Source: a virus
Reading direction: 5' to 3' (one strand)
Length of the DNA stretch: 64,000 bases
IMG/VR virus record: IMGVR_UViG_3300036390_000001
Location: 10,116 to 74,115 of that record
Shown here piece after piece: positions 29,463 to 39,186 of the stretch. Made by a program: the position numbers and the translations under genes. Each line of letters opens with the position of its first letter. The stretch's first letter is position 1. Below the pieces are notes generated by a model. The model worked only from the letters and a program-made list of their open reading frames with translations, searched no databases and was not told where the DNA came from.

Positions 29463-30703
29463 GCCGCCTCCTTTTGAAGAAAACTGATTGCAGCTGCAAC
29501 GACGCCTGGATTACCAACGCCCAATACCTCGCCCAGCTTGCCAAGCAATCCTTGAATAATTAGCTCTTCCGGCGCCTGTTTACGCGCTTCCGCTAAGTCA
29601 ATAATTGTGCGCGCTGTACTGTCGTAAGTGTCGTGAAGGTTAACTTCTTGCCCATGAAGACTAACCTTGTAGTGGCGCGCTGCGTTTGGACCAGCTACCC
29701 ATCCACACTTCGTCCTGATTTTCTTAGGTGGTTCAGGAAGTTGGGCAATTTCTCTTACTGCGGCGCCGATATCCGCAGCTTTAACCCTACGGTTTTCGGA
29801 TTCAGCAACTTCGCAAGCCAATTCCCAAGCCTTTTTACAGTCGTGGATATTGTCGCGCAATGGGTAAAGTTCGCGCGCTTGTGTTTCTGGTAGCGTGCCA
29901 ATTTTTAATCCCATGCTGTGTTCTAGTTTGCCAGCCTGCCATTCCTTTTGGAGGGAAGAGTAGGCGCGCTTAAATAAGGAGTGGTGATTCTCTAAAAATG
30001 CGCTCATCGAATCACAGCCAAAAGCCTTGTAACCTTCGCGCGCGTCGATTTTTACAAGCGCGTAACGGGTGAAGTTCTTGGCGAATAAAGCAAAGTTCTT
30101 AAGCGCTTCGCCGTTGTCGATGATGCGCTCGATTAACTCTTCGACTTCTTCTTTAGATAGCGCGGCGCCGTCGATGTCGTTGGGGATTTGAAGGGCAACT
30201 GGCGCTTTTTCTTCTGGCGCTTTTTCTTCTGGCGCTTCAACTTCCGTTATTTCTTCCACCTTCGTATCCGAAGGTTCAGATTCAACCTTAGTTAAATGCC
30301 ATACAGGAAGCTGGCGTTCGACAGGATTGTTGTCCGGATTGGGAGAGTCCAAGCGCCGTACTTGAGCTTGTCCTTCCTCGACGTGAATAACCTTATATAT
30401 GTCGTCGAAGTCATTCGCCTTAACTTCGTCGCCCGCCTTTATGTCTGATTCAAGCGCAGGAAACGCGATTAAGTTCAAAGGGTTTATCGGCTCGGTGAGT
30501 CCCTTGTCGTCGAACTTTACCCAGGCATCAGGCATGGGTAAATCTTGATAACCGATGTAAGTCCCGCTTCTCATGAGCGGTTCGCAGAAGACTCTCGTGC
30601 CCTCAGAAAAGGAATTTAAAATTTCCAGGCGCCTCTCCCTCGTATCTTCCGGGTTCCTCTCAAACTTCTTGCATTTAGATTTACGTACAGTTGTCGCGAC
30701 CAT
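29459..30703 (-). CDS. Hypothetical early protein
   Basis: 414 aa; GAGAGG RBS; LPETQAREL motif; short APEEK tandem repeat. Confidence 0.7.
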   Translation of the reverse strand: MVATTVRKSKCKKFERNPEDTRERRLEILNSFSEGTRVFCEPLMRSGTYIGYQDLPMPDAWVKFDDKGLTEPINPLNLIAFPALESDIKAGDEVKANDFDDIYKVIHVEEGQAQVRRLDSPNPDNNPVERQLPVWHLTKVESEPSDTKVEEITEVEAPEEKAPEEKAPVALQIPNDIDGAALSKEEVEELIERIIDNGEALKNFALFAKNFTRYALVKIDAREGYKAFGCDSMSAFLENHHSLFKRAYSSLQKEWQAGKLEHSMGLKIGTLPETQARELYPLRDNIHDCKKAWELACEVAESENRRVKAADIGAAVREIAQLPEPPKKIRTKCGWVAGPNAARHYKVSLHGQEVNLHDTYDSTARTIIDLAEARKQAPEELIIQGLLGKLGEVLGVGNPGVVAAAISFLQKEAA

Positions 30704-31016
30704 AACATCCTCTCATGTGCTAATTTATCCTTCGCAATCTCAAACCAATTGAGCTTTCGTTCGAGATATGTATTCTTTGATTATCCGTACCAGATTTAAT
30801 TTTATTTTTGCTACAAACCAACAAAAAAGTAAAGCCTCAGTCGCTAAATATTCACATTGGTTGATGTTAAGTTCCTCCTTTTTTGTGCAATAATAAACAA
30901 ACAAGTTTGGGGTAGTGACCATTCCCCACATGTGCTAATTTTGCCGCTTTTGCGGCTTTGTAATTTGAGTAGAGGCGCCACCACGAGGCTGAGAATCTAG
31001 TGGGTGGCGCCTTTGT

Positions 31017-31265
31017 TTATGCGGCTAATGCTCCTTCAATTTCTAGCTGCTTTTCCGTTGATTCAAGAGTTTTTATTCTTTCGCTTAATTCTAATTTTGC
31101 AAGCCTTTCTTGCTTGTGTTTTTTAATAGCTTCATCAATCGCTATTATGCAAAAAGCTGTAACGCTTAAACCTGTCTCTTTGCAGGCCTTAAGCAACTCG
31201 CCTCCCAGTTCTAGCGGCACATTTATGCTTGTTCTGTACAAGTGTTCTTTACTACTAAGCTTCAT
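31017..31265 (-). CDS. Cro-like / ribbon-helix-helix regulator
   Basis: Small basic protein divergent from the CI-like gene. Confidence 0.55.
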   Translation of the reverse strand: MKLSSKEHLYRTSINVPLELGGELLKACKETGLSVTAFCIIAIDEAIKKHKQERLAKLELSERIKTLESTEKQLEIEGALAA

Positions 31266-31442
31266 GGCGTTTATTAAATACGTTTTTACTAAGCCGCAAG
31301 CAGCGTCAACACGACATAGCTTGAGTATGTTGTGGTGTTTTAGTTACTGTGGCTACTATACTATATCAGCAAATCAACAGATATAGTCACACCCATTTGA
31401 AAAATTTTTCACAACCGTGAATAATGTATGTTTAAAAATTAA

Positions 31443-31802
31443 GTGAGTACGGTACGGGAAATGGATAAAGATGCCAAGGCGCGCTTTGTAGAAAAGCTTA
31501 TGCAAGCGCAAGCGGAACGCTCGCAGCGACGATTCGCTAAAGACTTGGAAGTTCAGCTTGGCACGTTGCAAAATTGGTTACGTGGCGACAGCTATCCAAC
31601 TCCTGAGAATTTTAAGAAAATTGCCGCAGCTGCTGGGATGTCCCAGCTTGAATTATTTGCTTACATCTTCGACGAAGACACTAGCAACTTACCTCCGGCG
31701 CCAATTCAAGCAGAGCAGGCGCTTTCTTATTTGGCGCCTCTCTCAAAAAAAGAAAAAGTACGGCTGATAAAGCTATTGTTGGATGATGTAGCTGACGATT
31801 GA
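31443..31802 (+). CDS. CI-like XRE repressor
   Basis: SQRRFAKDLEVQLGTLQNWLRGDSYP HTH. Confidence 0.85.
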   Translation: MSTVREMDKDAKARFVEKLMQAQAERSQRRFAKDLEVQLGTLQNWLRGDSYPTPENFKKIAAAAGMSQLELFAYIFDEDTSNLPPAPIQAEQALSYLAPLSKKEKVRLIKLLLDDVADD

Positions 31803-31896
31803 CATAGACAGAACTTTTTAGGTTTATCAGCCCACGGCGCAATCGAAGCGTATGTGTGGCTGAATTAGATGCACGCTACTCATCAAACCTTAGCTT

Positions 31897-32163
31897 CTAA
31901 GACGCATTTTCTTTTTCTTGCGCTTGCGCTTCCATTTCCTCTGCTTTTTTTTGCGCTTTAATTTCAGCCTGAACCAATAAAGCATACCGTACAGAAGCTT
32001 CTAAAGCCTTAACAAGTTCGTCTTTGGCTTCAGATTGTAGATTCATGCTTGTCGCTATATCGGCAAGACGGTCAAGCACTTCGCTGAGTAAGTGTTGGTC
32101 AATATGAAATTGTAGCTCTTGTCTAAGTGTTCTCATCTTTAAGTGTGTGCAAGTAAAAATCAT
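31897..32163 (-). CDS. Hypothetical protein
   Basis: Helical ORF. Confidence 0.5.
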   Translation of the reverse strand: MIFTCTHLKMRTLRQELQFHIDQHLLSEVLDRLADIATSMNLQSEAKDELVKALEASVRYALLVQAEIKAQKKAEEMEAQAQEKENAS

Positions 32164-32474
32164 TTTTGCCTTTACTTAAAAATAGCGAAATCCCTAAAGG
32201 GAGCATTTTTAGCGGCTTTGATTTATTTTTCTATAGTTTTCGTGATGCACTTCTCGTAATCATTATCAATGTCAATGGCGCCAAAGTATTGCATAATGCG
32301 CCTAATTCAAAAGAATTTCTCGGTATTTCCCCGCAGGCGCCTTATCGACTAGTTTGTTAAAATCTGCTGACAAAGACAACAGACACAGTTGTAAAAGGGT
32401 TTTAAGTCAAGCCTCCGGCGCCGGAGGTTTTTTGCTGCTTAAATTAAGTTGCGCTTTCTTTCGGGTTTAGGTTG

Positions 32475-33014
32475 TCAGTCTATTTCTAGTCCATATTTTC
32501 GGCGCCACTCTTCAGCCCAAAGGAAGTCAATGCCAATTTCGTTAGCACAATCTTTATCTTCGGGGCGGTCGCCAACCATTAGCCTTCCTGTTACTTCGCG
32601 TTCCCCATCTTCTATAAATAGTTTTGCAAGCTCAAGCATCCCGGAATGAGGCTTGCGGTATAGCCCTATTAACTGGGGTTCTCTTGTTCCTATCTCGTGG
32701 AATTCGCTTCTAGTAACGTGCCAGCACTCTTCTCCCGCAAAGTCCGGGCAAAAGTAAATTTCTTGCAATTCAGGAAACAAGCTGAGTGTATAAAGCATTT
32801 CTTGAGACGCCGATGCAAGAGTCTTGTATCCGCTTTTGATGCCTGCTTGATTTGATATTCCTACACAATGAGCGCCGTTATCGGCAAAGTGTTTTAGCGC
32901 TTTGTCTGCACCTTGGATTATCTTGACATCGTGCGGATGCTTCTTAAACGTGGCGCCGCTTATAGTTTCAGTTAGCGTGCCATCAATATCAACAAACAAA
33001 ATTCTGCCTTCCAA
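32475..33014 (-). CDS. HAD-IIIA phosphatase (polynucleotide 3'-phosphatase / histidinol-phosphatase-like)
   Basis: DIDGTL, SNQAGI, RKP..GML, GDRPED motifs. Confidence 0.88.
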   Translation of the reverse strand: MEGRILFVDIDGTLTETISGATFKKHPHDVKIIQGADKALKHFADNGAHCVGISNQAGIKSGYKTLASASQEMLYTLSLFPELQEIYFCPDFAGEECWHVTRSEFHEIGTREPQLIGLYRKPHSGMLELAKLFIEDGEREVTGRLMVGDRPEDKDCANEIGIDFLWAEEWRRKYGLEID

Positions 33015-33348
33015 ATTTAACTTCTCCTTTAAGGATAAAATTTATTGTTTTTAATAAGGCGCCATGCATCGCCAATTGTTGAGCCGTACTGACATGTGTA
33101 CCTGCCGCGCGAAACAATTTCAATGCTGTATCTATTGCCTCGATGCCAAAAGAAATTGCTTGGTTCAAGGCTTTTCGCGCGAAGAAAGTAATCGCCAAAT
33201 CTCTTGTATTGCATCAAAAACCTTAATTGTCCGATACTTTTGTAGTTTCATCCTGCTTGATTAAAAATTTACATTAAGTTCAGGACTTACACCTATAACT
33301 ATCTTTAAAAATTTGGGATTCATAAATATAGTTACTTGAAACGTATTT

Positions 33349-33735
33349 ATGAAACTTAATTTATCAATCAAGGGTTTAATTGCTGTTGTTTTACTTGCTG
33401 CTTCCCATGCGCCTGTTATGGCGCAATCCCGCTCGCATTTAGTAAACCTTGGCGCCGATAGTCAAGGTAACAATTACTATCTTGACGCGAGGACTGTTCG
33501 TTCTTACCAACGGTTTGAGATTCGCAAACTACAAAATCAAACTATGGTGCAACTAACGATGAGCGCTAATTGTCGAGAGCGAAGGATTTGGGTTACAAAG
33601 GTTGAGCGCTTCTCCATGAATGGTCAAAGACTCGCTCAAGCTACCGACCTCATGGAAGAAATGCCATACGAAGAAGGCGCGCCTGCCACTAATGCATTGA
33701 GATACTACTGCGCTGGTGTAGGTGTTCGTTGGTAA
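33349..33735 (+). CDS. Secreted protein (moron-like)
   Basis: Signal peptide ending VMA; two Cys; opposite orientation to neighbours. Confidence 0.7.
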   Translation: MKLNLSIKGLIAVVLLAASHAPVMAQSRSHLVNLGADSQGNNYYLDARTVRSYQRFEIRKLQNQTMVQLTMSANCRERRIWVTKVERFSMNGQRLAQATDLMEEMPYEEGAPATNALRYYCAGVGVRW

Positions 33736-33788
33736 TATTTTGTTTTCAAGGTTCAGTGCGGGCGCCTTGATTAAGAGGCGCCTGTTGT

Positions 33789-34094
33789 TTAAGCGATTCC
33801 TTTGGCAAAAGTTGTGCGATACCAATTGTGGAATCCCGTTACTGCTTCGTCGCAAGAAGTCCATTGCTTAAGCATTGAACCCGAACCAGCGTAAGACTCG
33901 TAATAATGGTAGAAAAACTCGCCGTTCAGCTTAACGATTAGCCCTATGTATACTTCGGGTTCTTCGTCAAAACTTAAATCCGCGCGGTACTCTATGTCGT
34001 ACTCATTTACGGGCTGCTTTTTCACCTCAGAAAGTGAGAATTCGCTGTCTTTAAACAGTAATAAAGTCTCTAGTAGCTTCACTGGATAAGCCAT
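33789..34094 (-). CDS. Hypothetical protein
   Basis: GGAG RBS. Confidence 0.6.
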   Translation of the reverse strand: MAYPVKLLETLLLFKDSEFSLSEVKKQPVNEYDIEYRADLSFDEEPEVYIGLIVKLNGEFFYHYYESYAGSGSMLKQWTSCDEAVTGFHNWYRTTFAKGIA

Positions 34095-34214
34095 TGGTTT
34101 TCTCCGCGCATGTGTTACTTTTTAGATATCTCATTAATTTCTCTAGACTCAGTTGCAGGCGCCAGTAATTCATTGTGTTGGCCGCTTGTTGTTTTGGTTC
34201 GTGGCAAGTGGCGC

Positions 34215-34817
34215 CTAGTATCTTTTGTTGAGAGATGGCTTAAGCTCATGAATCAGATGTAGTTCTGTGTCTCGCATTGCTTGCTCTGTTCCTTCCAAAG
34301 GGAAAAGGAGGCAATAAAGGAGAAGCTCAACTCCGCTCTTTGTAAAAATTTCTAGTTCTTTGACATGGTGAGTGGTTATTCTTAAATGTATGTTCAAACT
34401 TGAACCTACATAAGCAATCCTTTTTGAGTTTTTGTTGTTGATAGCTACAATATAGACTCCAGGAGAGTCAGGAATTTTGCTTATGTCCTGGGGGATTCGG
34501 AATGGAGAACAGGAGTTAATAATTGATTGCAAAATGGGATTCTCTTGTCGAGGGACTATCTCCAACCCATCAAAGTTATGTTCTTTGTTTATGGCAAAGT
34601 TGACGATATTGTATCTGCTCGGCGTTTTGGCTTTTAAAGCCCTCCCTAGAATTTCATTGAATCTATCAACGTCGTACTCGTATAGCCAGCGTATGCAAGT
34701 CATGCAGCTTTTTTGGTGGATGATAGCGTGTCCCGTGACACCATCGGTGCAAAGGTGTTTAAGGCGCTCGCAATTTGATATTTTCTTGCCTATTGCTTCA
34801 ACAAATTCCATGTACAC
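34215..34817 (-). CDS. GIY-YIG nuclease domain protein
   Basis: PDSPGVYI...YVGSS.NI..R...H...E..LI..LKP.LN. Confidence 0.8.
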   Translation of the reverse strand: MYMEFVEAIGKKISNCERLKHLCTDGVTGHAIIHQKSCMTCIRWLYEYDVDRFNEILGRALKAKTPSRYNIVNFAINKEHNFDGLEIVPRQENPILQSIINSCSPFRIPQDISKIPDSPGVYIVAINNKNSKRIAYVGSSLNIHLRITTHHVKELEIFTKSGVELLLYCLLFPLEGTEQAMRDTELHLIHELKPSLNKRY

Positions 34818-35031
34818 TTACTAGTAAAGAGTCGGATATAGCAGGCGCCAACATCGTAAGTGTTGGCGCTTGTTGTTTAATTAGCCCGAAGGCTTAAGTA
34901 TTACGGTACCATATTCTATCCAAAATGGAATACTTTTTACCCCTAAAATCAAAACCCACCCGGACTACTTGAGTCGGGTGGGTCTTCTTTGGCTATTTGC
35001 TGTATTTGTTTCAGCTTGCGCCTCAGCGTAT

Positions 35032-35316
35032 TTATATAGTGGCTGAGGCGACTAGCTCCCCCTTGCGCGCTTCCTCTATTTGCTCAAGCCTTCTCTTTAT
35101 TAACTGCAATTCCGTCTCTAACCTCTCTACTCGACTTACTTCATCAGCATTGACAACAATTTCACCACTGAGGAACTTTTCAGCAAGAGCTGTTAGCACT
35201 TTTGCCTCATTCAGCCCTATTTCTTTTGCCTTCTCAGCAAACCTATCCTTGAAAGATTGAGTGACGCGCGTACTGATTCTGACATCTTTTACTGCTTTTT
35301 CCATTTTGGCTCCCAT
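35032..35316 (-). CDS. Ribbon-helix-helix regulator
   Basis: VRISTRVTQSFKDRF...A..IG; divergent operator-containing promoter. Confidence 0.6.
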   Translation of the reverse strand: MGAKMEKAVKDVRISTRVTQSFKDRFAEKAKEIGLNEAKVLTALAEKFLSGEIVVNADEVSRVERLETELQLIKRRLEQIEEARKGELVASATI

Positions 35317-35374
35317 TTATAAATTTCTTTGGATAAGCAAAGTCTAGCACTCTCACCCTGTAAAGGTAAATGAC

Positions 35375-35416
35375 GTATCCCAAATTATTGACATTTTGGG
35401 ATACTTGGGATACATT
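35375..35416 (+). promoter_or_regulatory. Sigma70 promoter overlapped by three 8-bp operators
   Basis: TTGACA-N17-TACATT; GTATCCCA, TGGGATAC, TGGGATAC. Confidence 0.75.
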
Positions 35417-35506
35417 TAATTCATAGGCGCCACCAACAACCGCCCAAAGAAAAACCCCTCGGCGCCAACCGAGGGAAACAATAAACTTCAACCAGGATTT
35501 TAACAA

Positions 35507-36406
35507 ATGCAAACCTATACTCAAGCGCAACTTGAAACAAAAACTCTTAAAGAACTTAAACGGCTAGCGCAAACACTCGGCGCCGAACCAACCAAAGACG
35601 CGCGCTTAAAGCAAAGTTGGGTTACAGCAATACTAGGCGCCATGCCTCAAAAGGTTGAGGAACTACCTTCGGATACGAAGGTAGAAGCTGAAGCTAAAAC
35701 TTGCGCGGATTGCCCACTGTTTCAAGCTTTCAATGACGGCAGCGGTCGCGGTTTATGTTGCGGCGCCGACCGAGTAGCGCGCGCTCATCATCAGCAGACC
35801 CAAGATTGTCTTCACTTAATTGAAGCGCACGAGGAACAACCTTCGGATACGAAGGAAGAAGAATATGTCTTGCTACCAGCAGGCGCCACTCAAATGATGA
35901 CCGCTTACCACGTAAAACATCAAGGCTTGATTGTCGGCATGATATTTAACGTGCATCGAAATAATTCTTGGCAGTGTGGTGATGGACAAAATTATAGGTA
36001 TCCAGCAGAAGCTAGAGAGGCGCTTGTAAAACTAACCGAGGCGCCGCTTTTAAAGACTCACCCACATAAATACCAGTCACCAGATGGCGCGCTAGAAGTA
36101 ACTCAGATGAGCGAGATTGGTAAACATAAGTTATGGGTGAATAACAAAGATAAATTTTATTACAGCACTTACCGCGACGCCGAAAAATCTAATCATCCAG
36201 TAGCAGTGCGCTGTGATGATGTGAAGGTGGGAGATAAGATATATATTGCTGGTTACTCGCGTATAGTATCGGACATTCTTCAAGTTCCACACTTAGGAAT
36301 AAACTGGACGAAGTTTGTGTGCGCTGACGGAATTGAAATAAAGGCGCCGTGGTATTGCCCGGTTCAAATAAGCGCTTTCCCTTCGCTTGAACTGGAGGCT
36401 GCATAA
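35507..36406 (+). CDS. Hypothetical protein with N-terminal Rho-N/HeH-like domain and Cys cluster
   Basis: LETKTLKELKRLA..LG; CADCP...C..C. Confidence 0.65.
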   Translation: MQTYTQAQLETKTLKELKRLAQTLGAEPTKDARLKQSWVTAILGAMPQKVEELPSDTKVEAEAKTCADCPLFQAFNDGSGRGLCCGADRVARAHHQQTQDCLHLIEAHEEQPSDTKEEEYVLLPAGATQMMTAYHVKHQGLIVGMIFNVHRNNSWQCGDGQNYRYPAEAREALVKLTEAPLLKTHPHKYQSPDGALEVTQMSEIGKHKLWVNNKDKFYYSTYRDAEKSNHPVAVRCDDVKVGDKIYIAGYSRIVSDILQVPHLGINWTKFVCADGIEIKAPWYCPVQISAFPSLELEAA

Positions 36407-36407
36407 A

Positions 36408-36623
36408 ATGCGTATCTTCTTAATCACTGCGCTTTTAGTTTTTCATTTACCAGCAGAGGCAATCACTTTCAAGCCACCTGCGGAACCCTCGCCCAAAGAT
36501 AGCGCTAGTGGCGCCAGTCGATGGGTTGATTCTCCAAGTTTTGAACCGCCCCCAGATAACCCGCGACCTCACTGTAAAAACTTGGGGTGCAGAAGGGGAG
36601 GCGCCGCATCTAGAGGCGCTTGA
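36408..36623 (+). CDS. Small secreted peptide precursor with two F.PP...ASR repeats
   Basis: Signal peptide ending AEA; FKPPAEPSPKDSASGASR and FEPPPDNPRP...GGAASR. Confidence 0.65.
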   Translation: MRIFLITALLVFHLPAEAITFKPPAEPSPKDSASGASRWVDSPSFEPPPDNPRPHCKNLGCRRGGAASRGA

Positions 36624-36709
36624 AGACAGGAGGACAGGAAGACAAGGCAGAAAAATCCCCCTTGTCCACGAATCCTCCTGTCCACCTTGTCTCTCCCAAG
36701 GAGGCGCTT
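36613..36709. mobile_element. Mini inverted-repeat element
   Basis: GACAGG/GACAAG arms; 9-bp direct repeat GAGGCGCTT. Confidence 0.7.
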
Positions 36710-36732
36710 AATCAAACTACCGCGCTCGTTTA

Positions 36733-36951
36733 ATGCGGGCGCCTAACAAAATGAAACCAAAACAAGCAAACAAAATCATAAGACAGTGCATCGAGAAATT
36801 AACAAAAGTTCAAGACGGAATAGAAGTTAATTTTCCTGAAGAGTTGGCGCCGAGAACTACTGACGAAAAGTTCTTTAGTCAGCTTGCAGAAGCCCTTGGT
36901 CAACTTGAAAACTGTGAATATGACTTAGACCAACTTGAGGAGGCGCCTTAA
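36733..36951 (+). CDS. Hypothetical protein
   Basis: Operonic ORF. Confidence 0.55.
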   Translation: MRAPNKMKPKQANKIIRQCIEKLTKVQDGIEVNFPEELAPRTTDEKFFSQLAEALGQLENCEYDLDQLEEAP

Positions 36952-37800
36952 ATGACACCACATCTTAACGCCGCGCTTGCAAAAGCCAAGCTAGAATTTC
37001 CTCAGATATTAGCTAACCGTAGAGTTAAAATACCGACTAAATCAGGTCGAGAAATTTCTTTTACCTATGCTGAATTGGAAGAAATAGCAGAAGCAGTAAC
37101 GCCAGTATTAAGCGCGAATGATTTGTCTTTGTCTTCTCAAATGCGCTATTTAGAGAATGGCAAATTTGTCCTCGCTACTGCGCTTCGTCATGGGTCGGGA
37201 GAGTTTATAGAATCCTTCTTTCCATTGCCTGAATCGGTTGGCGACGCCAAGGAACTAGGGATTCAAATCAGTTATGGGCGCCGTTACAACGCATTATGCT
37301 TACTAGAGATTAGTGTGGTTGAGCCAAGTAATGAGCAGCAATGGCAAGAAAAGAAGCGCAAGATAGCTGGTGAACTTAGACAGGAAGTTGAGCAGGCGCC
37401 GCAGTTATCCGCGAAGCCCAAGAGAGAAAATGGAGGATTGCTTGAGGCTGTTTCAGGAGTGGCGCCTGTTACCCCAAAGCCCTCGACTAAGCAAAATGAC
37501 CGTGTTAGGGCTGTTTGTGTTCAGATAAACTACCCTATGGAACTCGCGCGCGAGTGGTTGGCTAAATTTAGTCTAAAATCATTTGACCAGTTACCGTTGC
37601 AGGCTGTTGACGACTATATCAAAAACATATGCGCTGCTTGGGCAAGTCAAAACGGCATGAACGAACACCATGCCAAGCGCAGTTATGAAAAGCGCGTGGT
37701 TGGTCAACCTGACGAAATCAAGGCAATTGCTAGCTGGATGGAGTACGTAAGCTCTATTAATCTGGATGAGAAAGACTTAGTGGAGGCGCCTGCATCATGA
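36952..37800 (+). CDS. ERF-family ssDNA-annealing recombinase
   Basis: YAELEEI...V.PVL...L..Q; LRH.SGEFIES; G..ISYGRRY. Confidence 0.85.
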   Translation: MTPHLNAALAKAKLEFPQILANRRVKIPTKSGREISFTYAELEEIAEAVTPVLSANDLSLSSQMRYLENGKFVLATALRHGSGEFIESFFPLPESVGDAKELGIQISYGRRYNALCLLEISVVEPSNEQQWQEKKRKIAGELRQEVEQAPQLSAKPKRENGGLLEAVSGVAPVTPKPSTKQNDRVRAVCVQINYPMELAREWLAKFSLKSFDQLPLQAVDDYIKNICAAWASQNGMNEHHAKRSYEKRVVGQPDEIKAIASWMEYVSSINLDEKDLVEAPAS

Positions 37801-38270
37801 AAATCATCACTCTTCATCAGCCTTGGGCGCATCTCATCGCCATAGGTTACAAACACTACGAAACGCGCTCTTGGCACACCAAATATAGAGGTGCCTTGGC
37901 TATCCACTCAGCCAAGCGCCCGGTTTCACTTGAAGAGCTAGCGCGTATTTCTAATGAGAGCGCTGGAACTTTAGATTTAAATTTTCTGACAGCGCTTAAC
38001 TACGAATACGGAAAGATTGTCGTCGTTGCCGAGTTGACTGATTGTCTTGCAATGGTTGATAAGCATCATCCTGGGCGCCTTGACTCAACGATTAAAGTCT
38101 CCTCTGTTTCAGCGCTAGAAAAAGCCTGTGGAGATTGGCGCGCTGGGCGTTATGCTTGGGAGCTAAAGGATATCAAGAAGCTTGATGCGCCGATTCCTTA
38201 TAAAGGGCGCCAGGGCTTGATGAATGTTGATGGCGCCACTGCTGCATTGCTGTCAAAGTCTTGCGGGTGA
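37797..38270 (+). CDS. ASCH domain protein
   Basis: ITLHQPWAHLI..G.K.YETRSW..YRG.L.IH; KGRQGL. Confidence 0.9.
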   Translation: MKIITLHQPWAHLIAIGYKHYETRSWHTKYRGALAIHSAKRPVSLEELARISNESAGTLDLNFLTALNYEYGKIVVVAELTDCLAMVDKHHPGRLDSTIKVSSVSALEKACGDWRAGRYAWELKDIKKLDAPIPYKGRQGLMNVDGATAALLSKSCG

Positions 38271-38352
38271 AGCTTTACCCGCAGAGCTTTGACTGGAAGA
38301 AGAGTATTCCAGGCGCCTTGTATAATTCAAATTAAATTAAGGAGCAACAAAG

Positions 38353-38655
38353 ATGACTACTTATAACGTAAATTTTGACGAATCGACTTCAGTTTTAACA
38401 ATAGGCTTTGGCGAACCAGCTAATAACGACCAAATTGTTAAAGATGCCGTTGCAGGAATCAAGCAAATTAAAGAACAGTTGCATGGCGCGGTTCTTAAAG
38501 TCAATGGCGCCGCATCCCTTCCCGTTGGCTTTGCTCTTTCCGCTGAATTGGCGCACGTTGTCAAAGCAATTGCGGTGTTCGACCCAAAACTAAAGCAGTA
38601 TGTTGTGGCTGTAACTCATGACCCTAGTTACTCAATTGGCGCCTTGATTGACTAA
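38353..38655 (+). CDS. csx3: Csx3/Crn3-family protein (putative cA4 ring nuclease)
   Basis: GFGEPANNDQIVKDA..KVNG.ASLPV...LAH..IAVFDPKL..YVV..TH.P.Y..G; own TATAAT and AAGGAG. Confidence 0.8.
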   Translation: MTTYNVNFDESTSVLTIGFGEPANNDQIVKDAVAGIKQIKEQLHGAVLKVNGAASLPVGFALSAELAHVVKAIAVFDPKLKQYVVAVTHDPSYSIGALID

Positions 38656-38739
38656 GTAAAGCGCCTGTTCAGTTAGTAAAACAAATTCAAAAGGGATTGA
38701 AACCGCATTAAAATACTTTCAATCCCTTTTTAGTGAACT

Positions 38740-39087
38740 ATGGATAGCAAAATTTTTTATCGTATTGAAGAGTTAGCGCTATTGATTGAAAAATTCCGCG
38801 CGCTTGATGGCAAAGACCAAGAGTGGTTGCGCGATTTATTCAAAGGCGACCGCACGATTATCTCATGTTTAGAAATTCTTGATTTAATTGAGAATAAATC
38901 TTTGAGTTATTACGAATTAGCGAATATCATGGGATGCTCGCCGGAAACGGTTAAGCAGAAGCTCAATGCCATGATATCTGGGGGAATTGCTATAAATCAA
39001 TCGCGCAGGAAGTACAAGGCGCCGCGCGGTGGCAGACCAAGAAAGCTTTGTAATAAACCTTCGGATACGAAGGTGAGTGTTTTATAG
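38740..39087 (+). CDS. wHTH DNA-binding protein
   Basis: LSYYELANIMGCSPETVKQKL; GRPRK. Confidence 0.7.
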   Translation: MDSKIFYRIEELALLIEKFRALDGKDQEWLRDLFKGDRTIISCLEILDLIENKSLSYYELANIMGCSPETVKQKLNAMISGGIAINQSRRKYKAPRGGRPRKLCNKPSDTKVSVL

Positions 39088-39186
39088 CAAACCTGAATAA
39101 TATAAGCGCAAGCGCTGAAACCCTTGTAACTGCGTAGTTAAAGTGTTTTAGCACTAATTTTTGTTTGGGATGCGGGCGCCGTTGTT

